From positions 1-64,000 of IMG/VR virus record IMGVR_UViG_3300032315_001604: DNA of 64,000 nucleotides; one strand, written 5' to 3'. How positions within the stretch are numbered: the first letter of the stretch is position 1; every line of letters begins with the position of its first letter. Below are positions 1 to 7,889 of the stretch, piece by piece. Source of the DNA: a virus. Under the pieces are notes generated by a model. It saw only the letters and a list, made by a program, of their open reading frames with translations, did not search any database and had not been told where the DNA came from. The translations under genes and the position numbers were made by a program.

Positions 1-33
1 AAACCCTCACGGAGAAATCCGTGGGGGTTTTTT
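1..33 (+). terminator. Rho-independent terminator (GAAA-capped hairpin + U tract)
   Basis: CCCTCACGGA-GAAA-TCCGTGGGGG then TTTTTT; identical copy at 452-484. Confidence 0.9.
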
Positions 34-69
34 ATTTCACACAGAACTCTCTCACCTGCAACAACTTAT

Positions 70-99
70 TAGAAGATTCCATGAGTCTTGTAATCTTCT
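70..99. promoter_or_regulatory. Inverted-repeat operator-like site TAGAAGATT-N13-AATCTTCT
   Basis: Same palindrome with 13-nt spacer at 518-548, 1363-1393, 1911-1941. Confidence 0.7.
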
Positions 100-127
100 G
101 AAGTCCCAAAATTCAGGAAAAAAACTA

Positions 128-155
128 TTGACTGCGGAAGTCTTTGGTATATCTT
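128..155 (+). promoter_or_regulatory. sigma70-type early promoter
   Basis: TTGACT-16nt-TATCTT preceded by A-tract; ATG 10 nt after the -10 box. Confidence 0.75.
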
Positions 156-165
156 GAGCCTCGTT

Positions 166-429
166 ATGAAAAAAACAACTGAACAACTAATCCTCGTCAT
201 CGGCGTAGCCATCTCATCATCCATTCTGACTGTTTTGGTCGGATTCGTGTGTATGATGTTCTACGTCATCCAACCCTATCAGAAGGAAGCCGTAGATCGT
301 GGCTTTGCTTCTTGGGATGTCGTGGACAATGCGACAGGCTCAACCAAGTTTTCTTGGAACGTGCTTGCCGAATCCCTTCATCCTGCCAACTCCGACATTC
401 TCGGAGAATTGGAAAAGCCTTTAGAGTAG
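166..429 (+). CDS. Small membrane protein (early cassette)
   Basis: ATG at 166 in CGTT-ATG context; N-terminal hydrophobic helix then QKEAVxxGxAxW motif shared with 25866-26042. Confidence 0.7.
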   Translation: MKKTTEQLILVIGVAISSSILTVLVGFVCMMFYVIQPYQKEAVDRGFASWDVVDNATGSTKFSWNVLAESLHPANSDILGELEKPLE

Positions 430-451
430 GGTTCTTAACATAACACAAACC

Positions 452-484
452 AAACCCTCACGGAGAAATCCGTGGGGGTTTTTT
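452..484 (+). terminator. Rho-independent terminator, exact repeat of 1-33
   Basis: 33-nt identity with 1-33. Confidence 0.9.
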
Positions 485-517
485 CTTGCTCGAATTCAAA
501 CCCGTATTCTCGAGCCA

Positions 518-548
518 TAGAAGATTGCAAGAATCAAATAATCTTCTA
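518..548. promoter_or_regulatory. Inverted-repeat operator-like site
   Basis: TAGAAGATT-N13-AATCTTCTA; half site again at 614-622. Confidence 0.7.
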
Positions 549-702
549 AGCCTCGATCTCGAACCTGCTCGAACTCGATGTCGAACATTCCGAAGAGTCT
601 CGAACCAACCCTTTAGAAGATTGCAAGATTCATCAAACATTTTCCCCCAATCCTGTCAAGTGTTTTCGTCAAAAAAAAGTTTTGAAAAAGTGAAAGATTC
701 CC

Positions 703-730
703 TTGCACCTCTCTCCCCTCATGCTATGCT
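703..730 (+). promoter_or_regulatory. sigma70-type early promoter
   Basis: TTGCAC-16nt-TATGCT with TG extension. Confidence 0.6.
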
Positions 731-734
731 TTCC

Positions 735-1265
735 ATGTTGTCAGAAGGCAACAAGGTCGGAACCGAACCTGTTAAACAAATCGGAACTGGCGAAAATCCA
801 GAAAGCAAAGTGAACATCGAAGAAATCAAAGCAAAGCTCAAAACCAAGAAAGGCGCGAACCTCTCCGTGGTCTTTGATCGTCAACTCAAGACTCGTAAAG
901 GAGTCATGGAAGCCGTCACCAAAGTTACTCGCATCGTTGCGCGTGGCGGGGTGGAATACGACAACCTTGGCATCGTCCAAGAAAAACGCGAGAACGGCGA
1001 ACTCCCCTCGGAGAACGCTGGACTCCCTTGGGGTGAGTGGGTGGAGTTTCCCCTTCACATCCGCCACAAGGACATGGACTATGCTCGCTTCTACCCTGCA
1101 AGCGGCATCGGCTTCAAGCCCCAAGTCTCCTACTTCCTCGACGGAGTGGAAGTCTCCAAGGATCAAGTGCAACCTCTCTGCCTCGCCTCGGAGTTTCCGA
1201 AGCGTGACGAAGAACCGCTTTGCTTCACGATCAAGGCGCACAATGTCGCCATGATCCGCGACTGA
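735..1265 (+). CDS. Hypothetical phage protein (early cassette)
   Basis: Track ORF 486..1265 trimmed to ATG downstream of promoter; the upstream part runs through repeats; GLPWGEW motif; followed by terminator. Confidence 0.7.
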   Translation: MLSEGNKVGTEPVKQIGTGENPESKVNIEEIKAKLKTKKGANLSVVFDRQLKTRKGVMEAVTKVTRIVARGGVEYDNLGIVQEKRENGELPSENAGLPWGEWVEFPLHIRHKDMDYARFYPASGIGFKPQVSYFLDGVEVSKDQVQPLCLASEFPKRDEEPLCFTIKAHNVAMIRD

Positions 1266-1288
1266 AGATTCTTCCAATCTTCTAACAG

Positions 1289-1320
1289 CCCCGATCATCG
1301 AAAGGTGGTCGGGGTTTTTT
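1289..1320 (+). terminator. Rho-independent terminator
   Basis: CCCCGATCATC-GAAA-GGTGGTCGGGG + T6. Confidence 0.9.
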
Positions 1321-1362
1321 GCATCTTGCCATCTTCTAAAACCCTCACCTGCAACGACTTAT

Positions 1363-1393
1363 TAGAAGATTTCATGAATCAAACAATCTTCTA
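1363..1393. promoter_or_regulatory. Inverted-repeat operator-like site
   Basis: TAGAAGATT-N13-AATCTTCTA preceded by CTCACCTGCA box. Confidence 0.7.
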
Positions 1394-1422
1394 AGCCTCG
1401 ATAAATCAGGAAAAATATTCCC

Positions 1423-1450
1423 TTGACTCTCCCATCAGACTCTTTATCTT
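1423..1450 (+). promoter_or_regulatory. sigma70-type early promoter
   Basis: TTGACT-16nt-TATCTT, ATG 10 nt after -10. Confidence 0.75.
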
Positions 1451-1460
1451 CTCCCTCGTT

Positions 1461-1826
1461 ATGAACACCACACCATCAACACTCAAACTGGCAGACCTCC
1501 AAGCCATTGCTGACCTCACAGCAAAGTTTCTCGGTCTGTCCTATAAGCCAAAGGCAGTCATCAAAGACACACGCAGGGGCAAAGCCTACACCCACAAGGG
1601 ATGGTTCTCCATTCCCCAATGGGCATGGCAACGTGGGGATCGCTACGTCACCTACTACACAGTCCACGAAGTCTGTCACTTCTATGCTGGTGGCATCAAT
1701 CACGGAAGTCTCTTCAAGAAGGTAGAGGATCGTGCTATGGCCTACTGGGGAATCTATCTGGAACGCAAGAAGGTCTACCCCAAACGAATCTTCGATGGCC
1801 CTTGCAAGAACGATACCATCTTCTAA
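1461..1826 (+). CDS. SprT/YgjP-like zincin metallopeptidase domain protein
   Basis: HEVCH followed by NHG..F. Confidence 0.6.
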   Translation: MNTTPSTLKLADLQAIADLTAKFLGLSYKPKAVIKDTRRGKAYTHKGWFSIPQWAWQRGDRYVTYYTVHEVCHFYAGGINHGSLFKKVEDRAMAYWGIYLERKKVYPKRIFDGPCKNDTIF

Positions 1827-1841
1827 TCTTTGTGTGTGGGG

Positions 1842-1879
1842 AACCCCATCATCCGAAAGGGTGGTGGGGTTTTTCTTTT
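1842..1879 (+). terminator. Rho-independent terminator
   Basis: CCCCATCATCC-GAAA-GGGTGGTGGGG + T tract. Confidence 0.9.
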
Positions 1880-1910
1880 GTCCAGAACTCTCTCACCTGC
1901 ACGGATCAAT

Positions 1911-1941
1911 TAGAAGATTCAATGAGTCAAGCCATCTTCTA
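1911..1941. promoter_or_regulatory. Inverted-repeat operator-like site
   Basis: TAGAAGATT-N13-CATCTTCTA preceded by CAGAACTCTCTCACCTGCA shared with 42-60. Confidence 0.7.
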
Positions 1942-1968
1942 AGCCTGAAAGTATTTTGAAAAAAACTA

Positions 1969-1996
1969 TTGACCTCTCCATCAGACCTGATAATTT
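1969..1996 (+). promoter_or_regulatory. sigma70-type early promoter
   Basis: TTGACC-16nt-TAATTT with TG extension. Confidence 0.7.
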
Positions 1997-2006
1997 TATC
2001 ACCGTT

Positions 2007-2237
2007 ATGAACAAACACACATTCAAACGTGGACGAGGCAGCAACCCTGCTTCCAAAAACAACCTCAAACTCGGAGCCGCCTCACGCAACTGGTGGGTCT
2101 ATGAGCGTGGTGCTGGCATCGGTTGGACTCCAGTATTCGGCCCTTACTTCCAGAAGAAAGCTATGGAGATCGCATCCTCCCTTGAAGCCACCAACCAAGA
2201 CAAATCCAACCCCATCTACACAGCAGCAACAATCTAA
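2007..2237 (+). CDS. Hypothetical protein (early cassette)
   Basis: ATG in CGTT-ATG context 10 nt after -10 box. Confidence 0.65.
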   Translation: MNKHTFKRGRGSNPASKNNLKLGAASRNWWVYERGAGIGWTPVFGPYFQKKAMEIASSLEATNQDKSNPIYTAATI

Positions 2238-2245
2238 CCACTACC

Positions 2246-2419
2246 ATGAACCAATACATCGCCTACAACAAACTCACAGGTCTTTACTGGCAAGTCGGTA
2301 AAGGCTTCACCACAAGCAAGTGTGCAGCCACCTTACTGTCACCTGCTGAACTGGCAGTCCTTAACTATACCTACGATAACGTCTCTCACGAAATCGTTGC
2401 CCTCCGTCTTGTCTACTAA
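2246..2419 (+). CDS. Small hypothetical protein, 57 aa (not in ORF track)
   Basis: MNQYIAYNKLTGLYWQVGKG...; ACC-ATG context, tightly packed between neighbours. Confidence 0.55.
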   Translation: MNQYIAYNKLTGLYWQVGKGFTTSKCAATLLSPAELAVLNYTYDNVSHEIVALRLVY

Positions 2420-2423
2420 TACC

Positions 2424-2624
2424 ATGAACAGAAACATTACCTTCAAACGTAAAGGAGTCACCTTCAGAGTCGAAGAATTCTTTGAGGACACCACACCCAA
2501 CATCAATGTCTGGGTCTTGAACAAGGAAGGGAACCATTGGGATTGGAAGATGCTAACCACTTGGGACTACGAGAAAGTTGTCCGTGCTTTGAAGAGTAAA
2601 GGAATGGACTACTTCAAAGACTGA
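2424..2624 (+). CDS. Small hypothetical protein
   Basis: ACC-ATG start; followed by terminator. Confidence 0.6.
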   Translation: MNRNITFKRKGVTFRVEEFFEDTTPNINVWVLNKEGNHWDWKMLTTWDYEKVVRALKSKGMDYFKD

Positions 2625-2645
2625 TCGATCTCAACCTCGATGTCT

Positions 2646-2677
2646 AACCCACCGCTGGAAACGGCGGTGGGTTTTTT
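2646..2677 (+). terminator. Rho-independent terminator
   Basis: CCCACCGCTG-GAAA-CGGCGGTGGG + T6. Confidence 0.9.
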
Positions 2678-2833
2678 CGTGTCTGTGTTTATATAAACAT
2701 GTCATCTTCTAAAACCGTTATGACACGACACACAGTAAATTTTTCAGCATGTGTTTATGACAGACCCATGCTGTGAAAATATGCCTATAGGAACCTTAGA
2801 AGATTAGAAGCTTCATGGGGCAATGCCCCCTAC

Positions 2834-2861
2834 CCTATATAGGTATAGGTATAGGTATAGG
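2834..2861. repeat. (TATAGG)x4 tandem repeat starting in CCTATATAGG palindrome
   Basis: TATAGG at 2838, 2844, 2850, 2856. Confidence 0.9.
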
Positions 2862-2895
2862 TATACAGTCTTTTACTTGAATCTTTCCTTACCCT

Positions 2896-3564
2896 TTAAT
2901 TTTTTGTAATAGGGTTTCTGTAAACAGTTTGGCCTTTTTCGAATACTATGATACTATCGTAGAAGCTGATGGAAGTTGTGTTATTTCCTGACTCTGTTTC
3001 TTGATAACCGCTTCTTGTTCCTCTGTTAATTCCATCTGGATCTATATTAGCCGTCTTTGCATTGATTTGGTCTATATAGTCCTTTGCATACTCTGTAAAG
3101 GATTTTTGATAATCTCCTGAGAATTCTTTCCAATATGAGGTATGGGTATCTTCCACGGCATAGATTCCTAGAGTAGAGAGTTTTGGATAGAGATATTCGA
3201 AGGTTTTGATCTGGTGGCTCCATTGGTGACTTCCGTCATCCAAAACGATAGTGGGTATACCGAATTCGTCTATGATACTCTGTAAGAAGTTTGGATCCGA
3301 TTGATCGCCTATTCTCACGGAAATTTCTCCATCATCGAATCTTTTGCAGTTTCCATTTATATCCACTCCGACGATTTTGGTATAGGGACCGAAATAGTTT
3401 TTCCACATTTGCAAGGAACCTCCGTTATTGACTCCTATTTCCAGAAAGAGAAAGGATTTGTTTACTAGATGGGAGAAATGTTTTTCATAGGTTGGCAGAT
3501 ACCAAGGCCATTTGCACATTTCGTTTCCCTTGTGATTATTAAATTGATTCCAGAGTGACATCAT
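2896..3564 (-). CDS. Class I SAM-dependent methyltransferase (MycE/Methyltransf_24-like)
   Basis: LEIGVNNGGSL, GVDIN, GDQSD, IVLDDGSH, VEDTHTSYW motifs. Confidence 0.85.
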   Translation of the reverse strand: MMSLWNQFNNHKGNEMCKWPWYLPTYEKHFSHLVNKSFLFLEIGVNNGGSLQMWKNYFGPYTKIVGVDINGNCKRFDDGEISVRIGDQSDPNFLQSIIDEFGIPTIVLDDGSHQWSHQIKTFEYLYPKLSTLGIYAVEDTHTSYWKEFSGDYQKSFTEYAKDYIDQINAKTANIDPDGINRGTRSGYQETESGNNTTSISFYDSIIVFEKGQTVYRNPITKN

Positions 3565-3607
3565 ATTATATTAGATATTTTTCAGAGAAAGTCAATAAAT
3601 ACTGATA

Positions 3608-4003
3608 ATGAAGTTTTCCGATTATATGAGTTCTAATTTTGAAGGTGCAGGTTTTTTGTTTGTGACATTGGATGATAAAATTCTGATGTTACAGAAGCCG
3701 AACAAGAAGTGGAGTCTGGTTGGAGGGCATAGTGAGAAGGGGGAATCTCCTTTGGAGACTGCTCAGAGGGAATGTAAGGAAGAAATTGGTTTTTTACCTT
3801 CAGGTAAAATTTTTAAAAATATCAAATATAAAAAAGCCGAATCGGATTGTTATTCTTTTGTCCAAAGGGTTGATTCGAAATTCAAACCTCGTTTATCATC
3901 GGAACATATTGACTATAAATGGATACCTTTCAAAAAAATTAACAAGTATGTTATATCCAAAGCAGTTCGTGACTTGCTTCCTCATCTGAAAGGAATGTTT
4001 TAA
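3608..4003 (+). CDS. Nudix hydrolase
   Basis: Nudix box GGHSEKGESPLETAQRECKEEIG. Confidence 0.9.
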   Translation: MKFSDYMSSNFEGAGFLFVTLDDKILMLQKPNKKWSLVGGHSEKGESPLETAQRECKEEIGFLPSGKIFKNIKYKKAESDCYSFVQRVDSKFKPRLSSEHIDYKWIPFKKINKYVISKAVRDLLPHLKGMF

Positions 4004-4015
4004 AATAAATAGTAT

Positions 4016-4645
4016 ATGGCAACTTTTTCTGAATATTTGTTTGAAGAATATCCCCAAAATTTTTCTTTTGGGGAATTCAATGCTATCAAGTCCTATAACG
4101 GAAAATTGAAGTATGCCAACGAAAGATTGAAAAAACTTTCTTCTGGAAGTTCCAGAGTTGTTTATCAAGTTGATGATCAGAAGGTTTTGAAGATTGCCAA
4201 AAACAAAAAAGGATTGGCTCAAAACGAATCGGAAGCCGATTGGTCAAAAGATGCTTACGATGTCACTGCCAAAGTTTTTGAAAACAGTCCAGAATATTTC
4301 TGGGTCGAAATGGAATTTGCCAAAAAGTTGATACCGACAAGATTCAAACAATTGGTCGGATTTTCCATTCAAGATATGCAAACCGCGATGCGAGCATTGA
4401 AAGATCGTATGCGTCCCTCACGCTTTGGCACAACCAAACTTTCCCCTGACCTTGAAAAGCAATTATATGAAAATGAATTTTATCTGGACATGGAAAGATT
4501 TGTCGCAGATTATGATATGGAAACTGGAGATTTCGGAAGATTAAATTCTTATGGAGAAGTAATTCGAGACGGACAGCCAAAAGTTGTTTTGGTTGATTTT
4601 GGAGTGACCAACCAAGTATGGAACGATTATTACAAAGTTTCTTAA
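4016..4645 (+). CDS. Protein kinase-like fold protein
   Basis: GSSRVVY, VLKIAK, NxxE, D....N(S)YG, VLVDFG. Confidence 0.7.
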   Translation: MATFSEYLFEEYPQNFSFGEFNAIKSYNGKLKYANERLKKLSSGSSRVVYQVDDQKVLKIAKNKKGLAQNESEADWSKDAYDVTAKVFENSPEYFWVEMEFAKKLIPTRFKQLVGFSIQDMQTAMRALKDRMRPSRFGTTKLSPDLEKQLYENEFYLDMERFVADYDMETGDFGRLNSYGEVIRDGQPKVVLVDFGVTNQVWNDYYKVS

Positions 4646-4701
4646 AAAAAATTGTAAATTTTTGTTTCTTAAAGAGATATAAATATAATAGAAGTAGTAT
4701 T

Positions 4702-4947
4702 ATGCCAAAAAAGAAAATAGATTATAACAAAAGAATGATGTTCAAAGAGAACGAGAAAAAAAGAAAAAGAAAAGAAAATCTCGTTATCAAAAACGTGGTC
4801 ATCAAAGAAATTTTCGATGAGACAGGAGAGGTTGTAGAAAATACGACTATTCAATTTTCATTCGATGGCATTCTTATCAATTTAAGTGTGGCTGCTGCTA
4901 TTAAAATGAATGTGGAGCTTACCAAGATTTTAAATATAAAACAATGA
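4702..4947 (+). CDS. Hypothetical basic protein
   Basis: Track ORF trimmed to ATG 4702. Confidence 0.55.
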   Translation: MPKKKIDYNKRMMFKENEKKRKRKENLVIKNVVIKEIFDETGEVVENTTIQFSFDGILINLSVAAAIKMNVELTKILNIKQ

Positions 4948-5105
4948 AACAAACCTTTAAAGAATATCTTTTGGAAAAGAAGAAAAGAAAATCCAAGAAA
5001 AAGAAGAAAACAAAATCCAAAAAAGTTTTTGGCGGTTTCTGGTGGGGTGCAGGTTATCCTTATTTTGATGGTGGGGGTGATGGAGATGGAGGAGGAGAAG
5101 GGTAA
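4944..5105 (+). CDS. Small basic/Gly-rich peptide, 53 aa (not in ORF track), putative internal virion protein
   Basis: MKQTFKEYLLEKKKRKSKKKKK...GGGDGDGGGEG; ATGA overlap with upstream stop. Confidence 0.65.
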   Translation: MKQTFKEYLLEKKKRKSKKKKKTKSKKVFGGFWWGAGYPYFDGGGDGDGGGEG

Positions 5106-5115
5106 TTAATATAAT

Positions 5116-5625
5116 ATGAAAAACAAAGATCACATACTTTTGGAACAGCTTTATTCGAAAGTTAAACCTTCTAATATTTTGAATGAAGAGATGATTCCTA
5201 CCAAAGACTATTTTGTCGCAAAAATGGAATCGGAAAGAAGTATTAATGTGTATGATGTTGGAAATGAAGCTAAAGGTTTGTTTTTAAGTGTTAAAGAAAA
5301 AGTTTTGAATTTTTCTTATAAGTTGGAATTTGATTATGCTTCATGGGGAATCGAAGGATTTAGAATGGCAGCATCTATGCTTTCTCCTTTTACTATTGTT
5401 ATCGCAGATGACTATTCACAAGAAGATTTTTCCGAGCAACAAGAAATTATAAAATTTACAAAAAATTTAGACACAGGACTTTTTAAAGTTGATAATCTTG
5501 TGTTAGAAGAAGGTAAATCATTATCTCCTACAATGATCGATCTTTGGGTTAGAAAAGTTGGAGACAAGTGGGAACTCGTAGAAGAAAAGTGTGAAGTAAG
5601 TTTTATCAGACCTGATATCTATTGA
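5116..5625 (+). CDS. Hypothetical protein, putative internal head protein
   Basis: N-terminus MKNKDHILLEQLY...ILNEE. Confidence 0.6.
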   Translation: MKNKDHILLEQLYSKVKPSNILNEEMIPTKDYFVAKMESERSINVYDVGNEAKGLFLSVKEKVLNFSYKLEFDYASWGIEGFRMAASMLSPFTIVIADDYSQEDFSEQQEIIKFTKNLDTGLFKVDNLVLEEGKSLSPTMIDLWVRKVGDKWELVEEKCEVSFIRPDIY

Positions 5626-5657
5626 TTTTATTCTTTTTCTTGTTAGTATATTGATAC

Positions 5658-5801
5658 ATGAGCGCAGGAAAAGGCGATAAACCAAGAAACTGTTTTAGCA
5701 AAGATTTCAAAAGCAATTTTGATCAAATCAAATGGGAAAAAAAAGACCCATCAAAAAAAGTTGTAAAGAAAAAAGGTAAAACTATTTTTTACTTTAAATA
5801 A
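5658..5801 (+). CDS. Small basic hypothetical protein, 47 aa (not in track)
   Basis: MSAGKGDKPRNCFSKDF... Confidence 0.5.
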   Translation: MSAGKGDKPRNCFSKDFKSNFDQIKWEKKDPSKKVVKKKGKTIFYFK

Positions 5802-6472
5802 AATCGAAAACTTTCCAAAGATAAAGTTTTATCTTCTACTTCAGATTTGTAAGCATATAATTTTTCTATATAGCCGTCATGTCGTAATTTTTTAAAAACC
5901 AAATTACCAACAGAATATTCTCCTTCTTTTTCCAAACCATCTACACGTAATTTTTTAATTTGATCTCTAATATTTTTTAAAGTTTCGATTCCTTCTTTAT
6001 TGGAAATCGCAGAATCTATTTTGGTTTCTATATCATTAGCCAAACTTGAAACTACAGGATCATCCATTTGTCTTTTGGCTTTTTTAGGAAAAGCTATCCA
6101 TTTGTTTTGAAGAATATCATACACTCCTTTATCTTTTAACAAATTTTCTTTATCTTTTAAATTGACTTCGACTTTATATCCCTTAATATAAATCTCATGA
6201 TCTTTGTTGAATATTTTGCTTTTGGAATCAAAATAATCATAAGAAGTATCCAAACAACCTTTATCTAAAACATTCACAATAATATGCAAATCAAAATCGC
6301 TAGTTGGTCGCCACTGATAAGAGGCCAAAGAACCAGTAAGAAGAACATTTTTAATTTCTACTGGAGTTTCGATTCCTTTTAAAAAAATTTTTGAAATCTG
6401 TAACAATTTTTCGCGTATTTCTTCACGAAGATTATTTTTATCATCCCATACTTTTGAGTTTAATTTGTTCAT
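5789..6472 (-). CDS. Pol-beta superfamily nucleotidyltransferase
   Basis: LTGSLASYQW...SDFDLH (GS + DxD) and downstream acidic strand VEVNLKD. Confidence 0.8.
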   Translation of the reverse strand: MNKLNSKVWDDKNNLREEIREKLLQISKIFLKGIETPVEIKNVLLTGSLASYQWRPTSDFDLHIIVNVLDKGCLDTSYDYFDSKSKIFNKDHEIYIKGYKVEVNLKDKENLLKDKGVYDILQNKWIAFPKKAKRQMDDPVVSSLANDIETKIDSAISNKEGIETLKNIRDQIKKLRVDGLEKEGEYSVGNLVFKKLRHDGYIEKLYAYKSEVEDKTLSLESFRFYLK

Positions 6473-6514
6473 TTGTTATTCTTCTATTGTAATTAGTTAA
6501 GAATATTTATTAAA

Positions 6515-6724
6515 ATGATGACAGATTTGACATCAACATTATTTTCGGTTGGAATGTTTTCAGGCGCATCGGCCTTTTTTATAGGAACAATGACTGCTAC
6601 CAGTAGTTTTTTGTTCCTTTTTTTATTTATGTTCCTTTCGTCATTTTTAGGACTTGTGGCCTATCATGTTTTAGTGTATTATATTTGCAAACTTGCTGAA
6701 AAACTTAATCTTTTAGAAAAATGA
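6515..6724 (+). CDS. Small membrane protein
   Basis: Two hydrophobic segments. Confidence 0.5.
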   Translation: MMTDLTSTLFSVGMFSGASAFFIGTMTATSSFLFLFLFMFLSSFLGLVAYHVLVYYICKLAEKLNLLEK

Positions 6725-6909
6725 TTTTTGACAGTCTGATTTTTAAAGAAAACGATTCTTTTTATATTGATGTTAGTGATGTTTCTGATATCTCAATTGA
6801 GATTAATGATCATATACGTTTTACACATGAAGGTAAAAAGTATCTTGGTAAAGTCAAAGTAGGAAAATACAGTTTTGATAAAATTTATAGTATAGAAATA
6901 CTAAAATAA
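6721..6909 (+). CDS. Hypothetical protein
   Basis: Overlapping start/stop packing. Confidence 0.5.
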   Translation: MIFDSLIFKENDSFYIDVSDVSDISIEINDHIRFTHEGKKYLGKVKVGKYSFDKIYSIEILK

Positions 6910-6947
6910 CTTGCTTTTTTCTTAGATTAATCTAAAATAGAAAGCAT

Positions 6948-7889
6948 ATGAACAAAGAAATTGCTCTAAGTTATGATGATGTTTATCTTATTCCAGAATA
7001 TTCAGAGCTTGATACGAGAAAACACGCAGACACATCTTTAACTTTGGGTCAGTATAAATTCAATTTACCTGTTGTTCCTTCGAATATGAAAACGGTAATT
7101 GATGAAAAATGGTGTCGTTGGCTTTCAGATAATGATTATTTTTATATCATGCATCGATTTGATGCAATTACAGTTCCTTTTGTCAAAAGAGCAAATGAAG
7201 AAAATCATAAATATATCAGCATTAGCACTGGCGTAAATAAAGATTCTTTGGATGAATTGAATTTAATCAAAAGTGAAGGTTATAAAGTTGATTATATTAC
7301 AATTGATGTTGCTCATGGTCATCATTTAAAAGTAAAAACACGTATACAAGAAATTAGAAATTTATTTCCTGATGTTTTTATAATTGCTGGAAATGTTACA
7401 ACACCAGAAGGAATCAAAGATTTGGAATCTTGGGGAGCAGATGCTACAAGAGTTGGTATTGGACCTGGCAAGGCATGTACCACACGTTTCCAAACAGGAT
7501 TTCATGTGCCAATGTTTACAGCACTTCAAAAATGTGCAGAAGTAGCAAATACTCCTATTTTTGCAGATGGTGGTGTTCACCATTATGGTGATATTGCAAA
7601 AGCTTTGGTTGCAGGAGCAAGTTGGATTATGGCAGGTTCTCTTTTTGCTGCATGTAGCGACTCCCCTGCTATGACAGTAAATGGTAGAAAAGTATATTAT
7701 GGCTCTGCAAGTGCTTATAACAAAGGACATAATAACAATATCGAAGGAACAATTTTAGACTTGGAACCTCATTCATCTTTGGATGAAAGATTGAGAGAAA
7801 TTATGCAAGCATTACAGAGTTCAATTAGTTACTCAGGCGGTAAAAATTTAGATTCATTAAAAACTACAAAATATGTCATTACGTATTGA
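6948..7889 (+). CDS. guaC: GMP reductase
   Basis: SYDDVYLIP, IDVAHGH, AGNV, VGIGPGKACTT, ADGG, GDIAKAL; no CBS insert. Confidence 0.9.
   Translation: MNKEIALSYDDVYLIPEYSELDTRKHADTSLTLGQYKFNLPVVPSNMKTVIDEKWCRWLSDNDYFYIMHRFDAITVPFVKRANEENHKYISISTGVNKDSLDELNLIKSEGYKVDYITIDVAHGHHLKVKTRIQEIRNLFPDVFIIAGNVTTPEGIKDLESWGADATRVGIGPGKACTTRFQTGFHVPMFTALQKCAEVANTPIFADGGVHHYGDIAKALVAGASWIMAGSLFAACSDSPAMTVNGRKVYYGSASAYNKGHNNNIEGTILDLEPHSSLDERLREIMQALQSSISYSGGKNLDSLKTTKYVITY

Noticed and set aside
1-2677. CRISPR array
   Set aside because: Repeats are terminators and operators separated by genes of variable length, not regular repeat-spacer units; no cas genes.
2686-2699. Verrucomicrobial LexA box (TGTTC-N4-GAACA)
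   Set aside because: One mismatch in each half site and no promoter or gene directly downstream.
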